NCBI RefSeq assembly: GCF_964355755.1
Contig: NC_092673.1
Coordinates: 6,758,001 to 6,822,000 of the forward strand
DNA length: 64,000 bases
Source of the DNA: Antedon mediterranea
Taxonomy: Eukaryota; Animalia; Echinodermata
Direction: 5' to 3'
Below are positions 12,204 to 24,500 of this stretch, one piece after another. The notes beneath the pieces are model-generated. The model was given only the letters and a program-made list of their open reading frames with translations. It was not told the origin of the DNA and ran no database searches. Numbering within the stretch: position 1 is the first letter of the stretch; the number at the start of each line of letters is the position of its first letter. The position numbers were made by a program, and so were the translations under genes.

Positions 12204-12455
12204 GTCAACGGTATAGCGAGCGGTTAAAACAGTGGAACCGTAATACCTTCCATAACATCGGAAATGATTCGAACCTCACTCGCTTCATGGGTCTGGTGGT
12301 AGAAGGAGTCTTATCGGATAAGTACTATAAACCATAGGTCCAGAATAAATACTTTAAAGAACCTATAGTTCGAGACGAGTAGGACCCCGGTGTAGTGGTA
12401 TACACACAGCCACTTATAACTCATCATGGGGGCTCTTGAAAACAAATAATAATTA
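12204..12455 (+). mobile_element. tRNA-derived SINE with Deu/Nin-like central domain
   Basis: A box TAGCGAGCGG and B box GATTCGAACC, then CGGATAAGTACTATAAACCATAGGTCC...TTAAAGAACC...GAGTAGGACCCCGGTGT resembling the Deu domain (recalled from memory), and an A-rich end. Confidence 0.55.
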
Positions 12456-12946
12456 ACATTAACGGTAAAGCTCCGGGCTATAATGACATTTAAATTGATA
12501 ACAATTATGATGACGTAATAACTAGTATTGGACGAAACACAACGCAAGTGAATCGATCAAATGCACAAGCGATAATTTGGATAATCCATCGCGTCGCGAT
12601 CGTTCAAATACTTGTGACGTGTTTGCGCTTCCGTCATCGTCCTTGCGTTTCGTCCATGTTGAAAAGCAAGCTTTATGATCTTTTTGAAAATCAGCTCATC
12701 ATATTATATTTAATTTAAGTACTGTATATCAATAAAATAATAAAATAGCCGATTCTCTGTATATCTTACGTTTTTTCTTCCAGGTCTAAAGATCTCTAAA
12801 GATAGCTATCTGTATTTAATACTGATGTACGGTATTTTATTTAAATTGACAGAGGACCCCTTTATATCAGTTGTTTTTAAATGAAGACCTGCACGGGTAA
12901 TCATCTTTAACGATGGTACATAAAATAAAGTGTGTAGCTTAGGCCT

Positions 12947-13095
12947 ATTCTTATTCTTATTCTTTTATTGCCAAATATAAAATACATGAAGAACACGATA
13001 TACAAAAAAACAATAGAACCAACTGAGTGAGCTGGCAGGGGACACAAAAGCGAACCTAATCACTGTGACTTAAAGCCTGTGTCCCCCACTCACCC
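12947..13095 (-). mobile_element. 3' end of an L2/CR1-type LINE (stem-loop plus microsatellite tail)
   Basis: Stem GGGGACACA...TGTGTCCCC followed on the minus strand by AATAAA and (AAGAAT)n. Confidence 0.5.
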
Positions 13096-14926
13096 CCTAT
13101 TAGTGTATCACCTATTATCAGGAAACTACAAGTGTGCGCTGTATATACTGTACGTCAGACCAATGGATTCAAGTGTACTAAAGACATTGGATTTTGATAG
13201 AAACTGTTTCACAGTCTTTCAAAAATATTGGAAACGTTGTTAACATGTCCTTATGTTAACATTATTACCAAATACAGTAATCGACTCCTTACAACAACAT
13301 GGAGACGGACGGAAAAGGGACGGAAAAGGAACGAAAGGCATTAGGATGGAAATCTTGGAACGATGTAAAGCTTGTGACCAAAGACTGGGTGGGTTCACTG
13401 CATGGAGACAAACATTTTCAGATTCACGGGCTTTTCTATCAAAACAAAAGCTTAATTTTCATCTAAAATGTATGTTAAAATAATTTAAAATATTTTATAT
13501 TATATATTTTATGCCTTTATAAACATTGGTAAATGATATTGAGCAACTGCTTCATGGGCGCATTAAACCACCACAGTATTCGACAGAATGAACTTATTCC
13601 GAGCTGAAAAAGAGACATCTCTGCCAAAAAAATAAACAATTAGATAGACTATATGTAATGATTCTCCTGACTCTTGCACAATCATCATTCATGCTCTTCT
13701 TAGTTGATTTACGTATCTCTCAGAGGTGATTATGTCATCGAAAAGCATAAACAAGCCAAGTGGATTTTCTCGTTAACAACATCCAACATCGTGGCCAAAT
13801 TTGGATTTTAATAATTCATAAATCAAACAACAAGTTTTATTCACTAGAGCGATACAAAATAATCTCCTTATAATACAGTTCAGCTACAACTTCATTGCGT
13901 CGTTATATCCAAGTGATTAGGCGATAATTACTATGTCGTTAATGGTTTATAACGACGTAACGGCCAATGAGCTTTCGCATGCGCACAGAGATTAGTAAAT
14001 TATCGTTGAGAATGCACAATAAAATAATAGTATACGTGTAAACATTAGAGATAATTTCACACCTATGCCGATAATTATAACGATGAGAGTACAAATAGAC
14101 AGAGGGTGTTTAATAGAACGATGTTTGTGTATACATTACCAAATTCTATCTATTCGCACTATCGTTATGTAATCAGTCTATTTTGATCCAATACTTCCAA
14201 ATACACCAGACTAAACACTATTTGAAAATGTATATGGAAATGTTACTTTATATTCCTTGAATTCAATCACAAATTAGTTATGTCATCAGACCGGATATGA
14301 TCTTTCGCCCATAAAAAAGTACAGTTCCGTATAATTTCTATGATTGCTACATACAATAAATCAAAGTCTTAAAGAAAATATATAAAATAATTTGCCCACA
14401 AGCTAAATGAATTATCTATTTTTCTTTAAAGGCATAATAATAGATTGATTTTAACGATATGAATTAAATTAAAATCTTATTTTATAATGTTCAATTTACG
14501 ACGTATTCATTCGAGACGGTATAAAGTCGGACGCTTCACAAACAATTTAATCACATGTAATACACTCTGCTTGCGTGGATAAATAAATACATTGTTATTA
14601 AATATCATGCGATCCTAATAAATTTCCAATTATCTATTACTAATTTTCAATTTCTTTTGTAGCAAACAAATGGGTTTAATTTAGTAGAAAAGTAGGTATT
14701 TTATATAAATCTATCTTTTAGATGGACGATGCGTGTTGTTCATTTAGTATTCAAATTGTAAATAATAAAAGAATAGCTTTATATGGCTTGGCGTTTGGCA
14801 GCAGCAATGTGTTTGTTAAATGTTATTATTTTTTTTCTATTATATTGGTGCTTTCGGATTCGTTTACCCTTTACGGATGTGAGTTACTTATGTGATCTTT
14901 CCTCGGTCATTTCTTGTGGTGTGTAA

Positions 14927-15072
14927 AGCTTTGTCTCATATCAAATTAGTTTGACAAAAAAAAGTGTGATGTGCCCAAATATGGTAGTGATATATTATCA
15001 AATATGGTAGTGATATGACATCATGTTTTCCAATACCACTTTTTTCACATACAATTTGATAGTGTAGACAGC
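14927..15072. mobile_element. MITE family A copy
   Basis: TAA-AGCTTTGTCT...TTTGATAGTGTAGACAGC-TTA with the same internal repeats. Confidence 0.75.
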
Positions 15073-16492
15073 TTAAGAAACAGAGAACATTTGTTTCCGA
15101 TATAAGTTACGATCAATTATACTCGTATTAAATGTTTTAGACCGTTTGAGTTTGAGAATTTGAGAAAGGTCTATATCTCAGCTATAACGATATGCGTTTA
15201 TATACAGTTATATCGATATTAAGATTTCAATTTTGTTTAAAATTGTTTTAAACTTGTTAATTTGTCATGACCACTGACACATTTAGAAGGTTAGCATGAA
15301 TGATGAATGCTAGCCCACGCAGCCATGGAGCAGAGAATGGCACACTAAATCGCGTATTTCACAAAATGGTCTGTTTTAATCTGGCCGTTGAATAGAACAA
15401 TTCACAATAATATTACCGGTGGATGAAACGAATTAACCAACGCAAAATGATACGACATCATCCAATCAAGTTTCAGTGATAAACTTGGACTGTAATTTGT
15501 TAGAAAACCCAACTAAAATTATTTCCTTCCATTAGGCCCTATAGCAGTTAAGAAATGGAATCGAGAATAATGGTGCTGTTAACCTTTTTTCCTCAAAGCC
15601 CATATATTTGGTGATGGTGCAGGTATATCTTTAATTAACTCTTACGGAGGACTCATTGGTAGCTTTTCATTTATTTTAATTGTTGATATTGTTAGTTATT
15701 GAAAGAAAGTCTTTGAATTTGATACATGGAGAATATCTTGTTTTACAGTAAGATTCGATGATATGGATCTATCCGTTTTGTATACAGGTCACTTGAGTGT
15801 TCAGCAAAATTGGTAAAAGGCCACGAGTACAATGTCTTTTGCTAAGACGATTTGGATACTTTAATGTAATAGATCTTGCGATGTATGGCCTAACAATACA
15901 GTACAGAAATGTGTTACAGAAATGAGAAAATGAGGTTAACAGTGTTAAGACAAGTCGTGGCTTCGAGGCAATTCGTACAATTTCCAATAACAAGGTCGCG
16001 AGTTCAATACTTGCTTTTAGCATCTTTTAATTTCATACCTCTTAACACTTGTAAATAATTTATATAAAACCCTTCATTTCTCGGCGTTGAGAAGGTGGTT
16101 CGTGACTGTCACCGAGTTCTATCAGATTTGCATTAAATAGTGTTAATATTGAATATGATAGACTGCTGATATGAGGCCTATTTGATAAAATGGCAAAAAA
16201 ACAGTTATGACCGTATAATTCACTGGTCAACTCGCTGGCGTTGCGTTTTTAAAGGGGAGCAAATTTAAAGTCTACAACATTAGTGAATACCACTAAAGGG
16301 GAATTAAATATTTACTCACTTAAGTGAATGGCTTATAGTAGCCTACACAAATATATCATTCACTAGAGTGTGATTGTTGAATATGTACCTGTAGCCACAC
16401 CACATTTAACACAAATATAAAATTTTATCAAGAAGCTTTAAACTTTTCAATGTAGATTACATAACCCGATACCTGATATATAATATATTTTC

Positions 16493-16562
16493 TACCTCCG
16501 CCAAGGAGGTTTTTATGTGTTTATTAATTAATCGGGGACGGAGTATGTATCTACCTGATGCA
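16493..16562 (+). mobile_element. Short degenerate HINE-like element of a second family
   Basis: 5' TACCTCCGCCAAGGAGGT hairpin and a degenerate 3' GGACGGAG-TATGTATCTACCTGATGCA subTIR plus hairpin. Confidence 0.45.
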
Positions 16563-18628
16563 AGTAAACAAACGTTTAAAATAGGTAGTTAGTTGTTTTT
16601 TTTTCTATATGAAATATCAGTTAATGAATTTGTTTAGTTTACTTCGTTTCAGCAATATGCATGGTTTATATCTAATATCACTTTTCACAATAAGTACTTA
16701 TTATTTAATTGTATAATTCTCTGACAATTCTCTACAACTGCTTAACTGTTTAACTGCTGCAACGTGGTCCACAAAAATGGTCCTTAACGGGAAGCATACA
16801 TGTATTTCCAATTACTGTATTGTGCTTCAATTATGTTAGCTTTGAAGACAGTGATTATTTGGTAAGTAATACTCGTAGCCATTGGGTAAATATGGATCAA
16901 TTTGGATTATAATGACAATTGTGAAATACACATTATTTCGCCGATTCTCTTATAAGTGTATGGTATTATAGCCAATTGTGTAATGCAATTCAATGTATCA
17001 CATGTGACTGTACATGTGACCTAACCTATAGTCTTTTGTAAGAAAATATTAAAAATCATTTTATTGCAACTGATATTAGAAATTTAAAAAAAAATTGTTT
17101 AATCAATGGGCCAATAGTTATATGAATAAAATAAATATTTAGCGATTTAAAGATGTTGCGTTTAAAGGCGATTAGATTTATTACATTATTTTATTTACAT
17201 ATTGATATACATCTAATACTACGTGTCCCTTCCTATGGGTGGCTCATCATCGGTAAGCTCATGTATAGCTTTTCTGCATGCACAACAAATCGCACTGAGT
17301 TATCATGATGAAGTCATTTTAATTACTAAAATTGGGCTAAAATCAAATAACTTACTGAAAACAAATTTAAGAAAATCGTAGAAACTCAAATGATGGCGTA
17401 AATATTTATACTAACGCCCTCTGTTGAATGATTTTATCACTATAATTTGATATTTGTACAATTATTAATGTATGCTTAATTTGGTAATATCACTACAATA
17501 TTATTGATAGTCTCTTTGAAGTTTTATTTTATTTTTATCTTGCTGTGTATTTATTTAGATTATCTATGTTCTTTGGTCTGGTTAGGCCTACGTTGGAGGT
17601 TGGAAGCATCATTTGTAGGACAGAATAGGTAGTGTGTCGAACGGCGCCTCGTACTTGTACTTAAATAGAGGTGTCGGAATAGACGTATATTGTTTAATAT
17701 TGGTTGTAGTACAAACACTATTGTCACTCATTCGTTTAAAAAAAATGTCCCCTGGTGTGTCCAAATGGAGGAGTTCTATACCCATACCATTATCATTATA
17801 TACTTTCATTGATATCATATTATAATATAATATTAATATTATTGATTATCTGTACTGTAATGTATCATCATCCTTTTATTATCATAATTAATCAATATTA
17901 TTATAATACATTATATTTATTAAATTATCTAATTTTCAGTCAGTTATAATGTTTTAGCACTATCATAAATAGCGTTATCATTAATATGTGATATGAAAAC
18001 CGTTAGTTGTTTCATTCATTTAAAATTATGTTCCTCAAATTACACACGCAAGCTACGAAACACATTACTTATCGACACAAATCAAACCATCTAACAAGTA
18101 AACAACATTAGATAATGAAATCAGATATTTTGATTGCAAAGCACAATCTCTTCAATATAACTTGGATTACAATGAAATCTTAGTTTTAATATGATTCGAA
18201 AAAAAAAAAATCATTACAAACTCGATATTGTCTGCGTTCATCAGCAGACGATGCAGAGAAGTTTAATTAGCGCGAAAATCACATCGTATTGTTGTTTGAT
18301 GATTTTTATTATCTGGTTTTGAAGCAATTTTCTGGTGTATATAATATAGGCCAATTTATTATTCGCATTAACTATATACTTTTGTTGATAAAGAGCAGGT
18401 AATATTGCTTTAGGCCTATTCAACAATGATGGTTATTGCGAGCTGAATCAAACGCAATATGCACAAACTACGCTTGGTGGTAGAGAAACGATTTCAAACA
18501 AATTTTATTAATGTTTTTGTTATTAATTTACTATAAGAAGAATATAAGAATACAACTGCATTGTTATTTTTGGCACACATAGAATTTTGTACATGCACCC
18601 ACAGCGCTTTAATTTTGCAAACAATTTT

Positions 18629-19014
18629 TGTCTACACTATCAAACTTTATGTGCCCATGGACACGATTATATCAAATTTTGGAATAATTTATCACTCAAC
18701 ATAAAACATAATACATCAAAAATTAATTTCATAAAAAATATAACTGAACAACTATTATCGAGATACTGATTAATGCTGGCCCACCTCTTTCTTTTTGTCA
18801 TAATTGTGGTTTTCTAATTATTGTATAATTATATTATCAAAATCGTTTGCACTGAACAGAATATTTGTAAATCAGGTGTAAACCATTGACTAGCGAAAGC
18901 TATTTGTTTATACCGTTTTGCCTTTGGTAATAAAGAATTATGAATATCACTACCATTGGGTATATCACTGCCTTGTCGCACTCTTTTTGTGAAACTAGTT
19001 AGTGTAGACAGACC
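18629..19014. mobile_element. MITE family A copy split by about 280 bp of other sequence
   Basis: Left end TGTCTACACTATCAAACTTTATGTGCCC at 18629; right half TATCACTACCAT...AGTGTAGACAGACC-TTA at about 18946-19014. Confidence 0.55.
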
Positions 19015-19066
19015 TTAACAAAAGTTCATAACTCCTTCGATAGTATACATTTTCCATGTGTATTAA

Positions 19067-19220
19067 AGGGTAGGTCCAGGTTTGAAATTCCTATTATTAT
19101 TTTGAAATAAGCACCTTTTTGAAGAAAACAAGCGGTGCTACTGTACAGGACGTATTCGTAATATATTATTGCAAGGTTTTTATGCCTATATTTTAAAAAT
19201 ATTATACCCGGATCTATACT
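19067..19220. mobile_element. TTAA-flanked MITE (Kolobok-like termini)
   Basis: TTAA-AGGGTAGGTCCAGG...CCGGATCTATACT-TTAA. A second copy ending CCTGGAGCTACCCT-TTAA (19474) was duplicated with about 75 bp of right flank (units about 19071-19300 and 19335-19554). Confidence 0.65.
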
Positions 19221-19555
19221 TTAATAGAATTTAAAAAAAACGAATAAAGTAGTCCGAAAGAGATGTAATGTATTCATTCTCAATTGAAAAAAAATCGGAT
19301 TTGGAGATTAGGTTCTGGCCGGGTAACGCACTAATAGCTCCAGATTTAAAATTCTTATTATTTTGAAATAAGCCTCTTTTTGAAGAAAAAAAAAGTGGTG
19401 CTACTAGACTGCTAATATATTGCAAGGTTTTAAAGCCTATATTATAATATATTTTTTATACCTGGAGCTACCCTTTAATTACAGAATTTAAAATAAACAA
19501 TTAAGTAGTCCGAAAGAGATGTATTTATTCATTCTCAATTTAAGAAATCGGATTA

Positions 19556-19660
19556 TAGCACAGTGCAGCGCCTAAAAAAGGGCCGGCTGAGGTGGACCAG
19601 TAGGTGCAGTACACCGGGGTAACCCTCTATCATCCGAAAGATGCACCGGGTTCTTTACCG
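19556..19660 (-). mobile_element. Fragment of a Deu/Nin-like SINE
   Basis: Minus strand GTAAAGAACCCGGTGCATC...AGAGGGTTACCCCGGTGT, similar to 12356-12395. Confidence 0.4.
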
Positions 19661-20715
19661 AAAACTCATGATTGGCCGTCTTTTTAAAAAATACTGCATT
19701 TAAGAACCAATAGTATACACATCAAAAACATGGAACTACACAGCAGTAAAAGTAGTTTTACGACACCAGAAAACCAGCCATATTGTAAATGAAAGCCCTT
19801 GAATTTCATGAAAAATACATGCGATATGTGTGTTATTTTTATCATCATCCCATCACTGTGTAAAATGTATACAGTAATTTAAAAATGCATAAATCGTTAT
19901 GAAACACAGAATCTCTAAGCCTATAATAAAGAAATCTAGCATTTATTTTGTTACTTTTACCGATTATTTTGGATTATATTATTTATTGTATTTTTAGACG
20001 TTTGGCTTCTGATTTCCCCACGGATTAGTTGTGTTCAAGTACGATATTTTACAGGACTCTAGAGATTTAATATGCTATATTTACGTTATACCTTTTGATC
20101 GCGTCTGAATGTTTTGCTTAATGCGAATCACTATGTCGCTTTATTTCTGTACGCCCTTAATTATGGTATATCGATCTCTAGTAAATTACATAAAAATATA
20201 GGGCTGCAAAAGTGACAGTCAGGGTACTACACCAGCCCGAGTACGATCGAGAGCAGAGTACCAGATTTCAGAGCCGAAGCTATCCTCTATAGTCTTAGTT
20301 TAGTTTCAGATGCCATGTTTGTTTGCCGGGTAAACAGCAGTTGAAGTGTCAGACTGACCAATGATATGACAAAGGCAAAAGGAAATAAGCGTTATATTTT
20401 CTATACATTTCAACTGTATTTCAAATATTTCATTTTAAAGATGCATTGTTCCCCTGAATTTTTTTTTGGCTGAATATGCCATTTTAATGTCACGTAATAG
20501 TTATCCACTATGAACAAATATTGAATGGGAAAAAAAATGTATTTATCTGTAAAAAATAGTCAAATTGGCTGCCAGCCAATCGATTTTGGTTGAATTTTAC
20601 CATTTGTTTTCATTTCATATGAGAAAACATTTGTTTCTCTTTTTTTACGGAAGAGTTAACTTTTTTTAAACTACAAAATAATCTATTCAAAGTCTGATTT
20701 AATTAATCTTCGTTT

Positions 20716-21559
20716 GTGTCTAGAAAACTCAGATCTAGAAAACTCAGATCTCAGACTTTTCTAGATCTAGAAAACTCAGATATCTGACTTTTCTAGATCT
20801 AGAAAACTCAGATATCAATATCTGGGGTTTCTAGTTCCAAAATGGAACTAGAAAACTCAGATCACCATATGATTGGTTGGTAGGTCATTTGGATCATTCC
20901 ATTAGTAATCAGAAGGTAGGTCATTTGAAATACTAGAGTATATTATTGAAACTGGTTACTGTGTACGTTTTCTTACTTAACATGTAGAAGCGGCCGACGG
21001 CTTAAATAATAAAGAAAATACAGTGCACGTTACCGTTAAAATGTAGGCTTAAAAATTAGGTATGTACGAGTTGGTGTGGGTACGAGTTGGTTGAGGTACG
21101 AGTTAGCCAAGTTGGGAAAAGGTACGAGTTACGACCACTTCTAGCCTAGTACCGGGCCAGGCCTACTCTTGGCGATACATCGCGATAGCGCCCACACGTT
21201 GAGCCGTAAAATTGAGTTTGCAGGCTCGGCCTAAATACCAAGCCTACATTTTAAAAGGTGTATACTGTATTTCTTTATGATTTAACATAGGCCGGTACTA
21301 AGTTACAATAATAATTATTATTAGTAAGAAAACGTATAATACTGTAGTATTTCAAACAAGCTACGGTACCCTCTGATAATAATAGAACGATCCATTTGAT
21401 GATCTGGGTTTTCTAGTTCCATTTTGGAACTAGAAAACTCAGATATTGATATCTGAGTTTTCTAGATCTAGAAAAGTCAGATATCTGAGTTTTCTAGATC
21501 TTAAAAAGTCAGATATATCTGAGATCTGAGTTTTCTAGATCTGAGTTTTCTAGACACCC
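20716..21559. mobile_element. Foldback MITE with TCTAGAAAACTCAGA subterminal repeats (MULE-like)
   Basis: About 150-bp near-perfect modular TIRs, with degenerate inverted symmetry continuing inwards. TSD CTTCGTTT at 20708-20715 and 21560-21567. Confidence 0.85.
21059..21137. mobile_element. Nested fragment with GGTACGAGTT repeats
   Basis: Four GTACGAGTT motifs sit near the centre of the foldback element and have no mirror in the other arm. Confidence 0.5.
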
Positions 21560-24500
21560 CTTCGTTTTTCATGTTTTTAGTAGACAATGCATCTTTTGTC
21601 TGATTGAGACAAAAGTATGCATAGACCAGATCCCAATTAAAGAGATAATTAATATGAATACTGTTTTATAAATGTTATTTTTGGTGATGAAATGAAAGGA
21701 ATAGGCCACACTTAAATAAGAAGAATTAGACTATAGGCCTAAAGGCATATAAACAATAATTATATGTAACATAAATTACAGACAAAATACAATATTTTTT
21801 CCTTAGTATAGCAAGTTCATCTGTTTACTATTTTCAATGACAGCTGTCCTTCCTTGACTCATAATGACTTGTTCAATAAAAAGGTGCATATGAAATTGAT
21901 AGAAACCTATTTTGCATTATAATATATTTTGTATATATTTGATATTTTGAAATAGCATTTTGTAAAAATCTCTGTAATTCAAAACCGAACTAGTTTAAAG
22001 CTGAGTTACAAAAACATAAATAAACCACGTGATCTTATTCCGATTAATATATTATTTTACCATAACCTAGATCTTAAACTGTGATCTTCGGTTACTTGAG
22101 GAAATTCATATCACTTCAGAGGGTAGTATGCTATACATTCTGGGATGCCGGGTCACTTTTCTTTTCAATAGCAATTAAACCTAATATAAAATACAGTATC
22201 GCTTGAAAGTTGATGAATTAAGAGTTAAATGGCAGGCGTCTTGTATTGGTTAGAATAGTAATAAACATTTGTGAAGTTTGATTTTATACGCAAGTGATGT
22301 ATAATAATTGGCAGATTTAGAAATAAAAGAACAATTAATAGAAACAATTGTGTGACGTAATAGACTCAGTTTGCACAATATTGGATCAGACATTTGATAT
22401 AGGTACAACTAATCTATTTTAAAATATATAAATTTGTTTAGATTTACATACAAGACGCGTTTTTTATAAATGACTAATAAATTAAATAAATAAATAATAA
22501 ACGAATTATCATAATATATACATACAGTATTAAAAAAAAAACAGGAATTAAAATTGAGAGTGTATCATATGCATTCAAGGCTAACGCTGGACCAAGACCC
22601 ATATTTTGTAAGCTGTTACGTTATAAGGATAATCACAATAATATCTATAATATCTAATGTGGGTAAATAGCGTCTAAAAATGTTTATATTAGCCATGTAA
22701 GTAATGTGTATGTGCTGTGCTATAACATGTTGAAAAACGTTTCGCTCTCATTTTAGAGCACATTATAATAGTTATAAAAACCAAGAGATTCACGGTGAGC
22801 TAACTTTACCCAGAATATTATAAACATCGCCCTCAATTTACTAAAACTTTTTATAATGGAACATGACCACAACTTGACTATATTTGATTAAGTATTGATA
22901 AGAAATTTAATGACAGTACATGCTTAAAATCTGAATCCACGATAATGTGTGTGCTGCAATGTCATTTATAAAAACATGCTTATTATTGATACACACTCCC
23001 TGACTCAACGAAGAACACAGTGCAAACCGAAAAATCTGTATTGCGTCAATCTACGTGCTAACTCGAACGTTCCAGTTCAGTGAACATGTTGACAATGTGA
23101 ATCCTACCATAATAGTACAATAACATTAATCAACAACAGTGTTAAGGAACACAGACCCTGTTATTGCAACATACTACATTGCCTCTTTCTATTCATTAAT
23201 CCATGCTCTCTTACCGACATACTGAACACATAGCCACCCTAGCAAGATAGTAGACAACGTAGGGATCAAAACCTGTTTTTCCTGTGTCGCTATCAAAAGA
23301 AACAATAACAACAGAATTTCTACCTAAAGTATTGTCATCAATTAGGCCAAGACCTAAACTTAGGCCTATAATTTCTTCAGTTGCTATACGCTTGCATTGT
23401 CCCGTTTTGCTGACAAAAACGAACCACCAACCCCCAGTAAAAATCTAGGATGCAATCTTGCCTAGATCATGATTACATAAAACAATCTAGGTCAGCAATA
23501 TTGAGTAACCTTTGCAAGCAATAAACCAGTAAAATAAAACATCTGGCAGGAAATGAAACATTTTAACATAATGCTGTTAGCAAAGAAGAGCTGGGTGAAA
23601 TATCGAATACTACAGGCATGGTACAGGTGACCAATTAATTGAATGTTGATACTAATGCGGTACGCACGTAATGAGATTTAGGCGCGTTAGAAAAAAAAAC
23701 AATTGGGGCAGATTGACTAAAAACAATAACATAAAAGAAAGGCCTTTTAAATGACACACAGATATCATCCCACAGACGTACACAACTTAAGTTGTAAAGC
23801 TGCACACCTACAATGTTCTTATTTAGCTAGGTATCATGCAATGTTGCCTATAATTATTATTTCTAACAGTAGAAATGATCGCAAGTTTAATCTACAGCAG
23901 TAACTTCACAAAGGTAGGCCTAAGATTCAGTTAAATGACCTTGCAAATAATTGAGCAACAACCACCAGTAATAATCAATTTTAAAGGCCTAACGCAATGA
24001 TTTCGTAACAGTCAATAGATGTATAATGTTCTTGCAAGTTAACATGAAATTCAGTCACCATCATAATTCATAAAGATTATATTATTAGCAAAATTGAGGA
24101 TTTAAAATGGCCAGCCTAAACTAACGTAAGGTAGAAAATATAATTACATCAGTCTTATGCCCTCAACGTTATAATACAATACAAGTTAAGCTTAAAAGTT
24201 AAAACGAAGGTAAGTAATGTTGACTTAATTGATTGACTTGAACTTTATTATCGCAGTTCATGATTAAGCAAATTGAAGTTGAACATAAAATATCGCATAT
24301 AAAAAATACAAACATTGCTTTCAAATATTTGAAAATAACATGTGACCGACAAGGGTATACAAAAACAATGCACGGCAGAGAAACAACTGGCACACGTAGG
24401 CCTACTAGCAAGGCTCGTTTGATTGTCTTGCTCTGAGAGACATGGGATAAAAAGCATGCACTATCAAGAATAAAATTCATCAAAACTCCATCGATTATCT

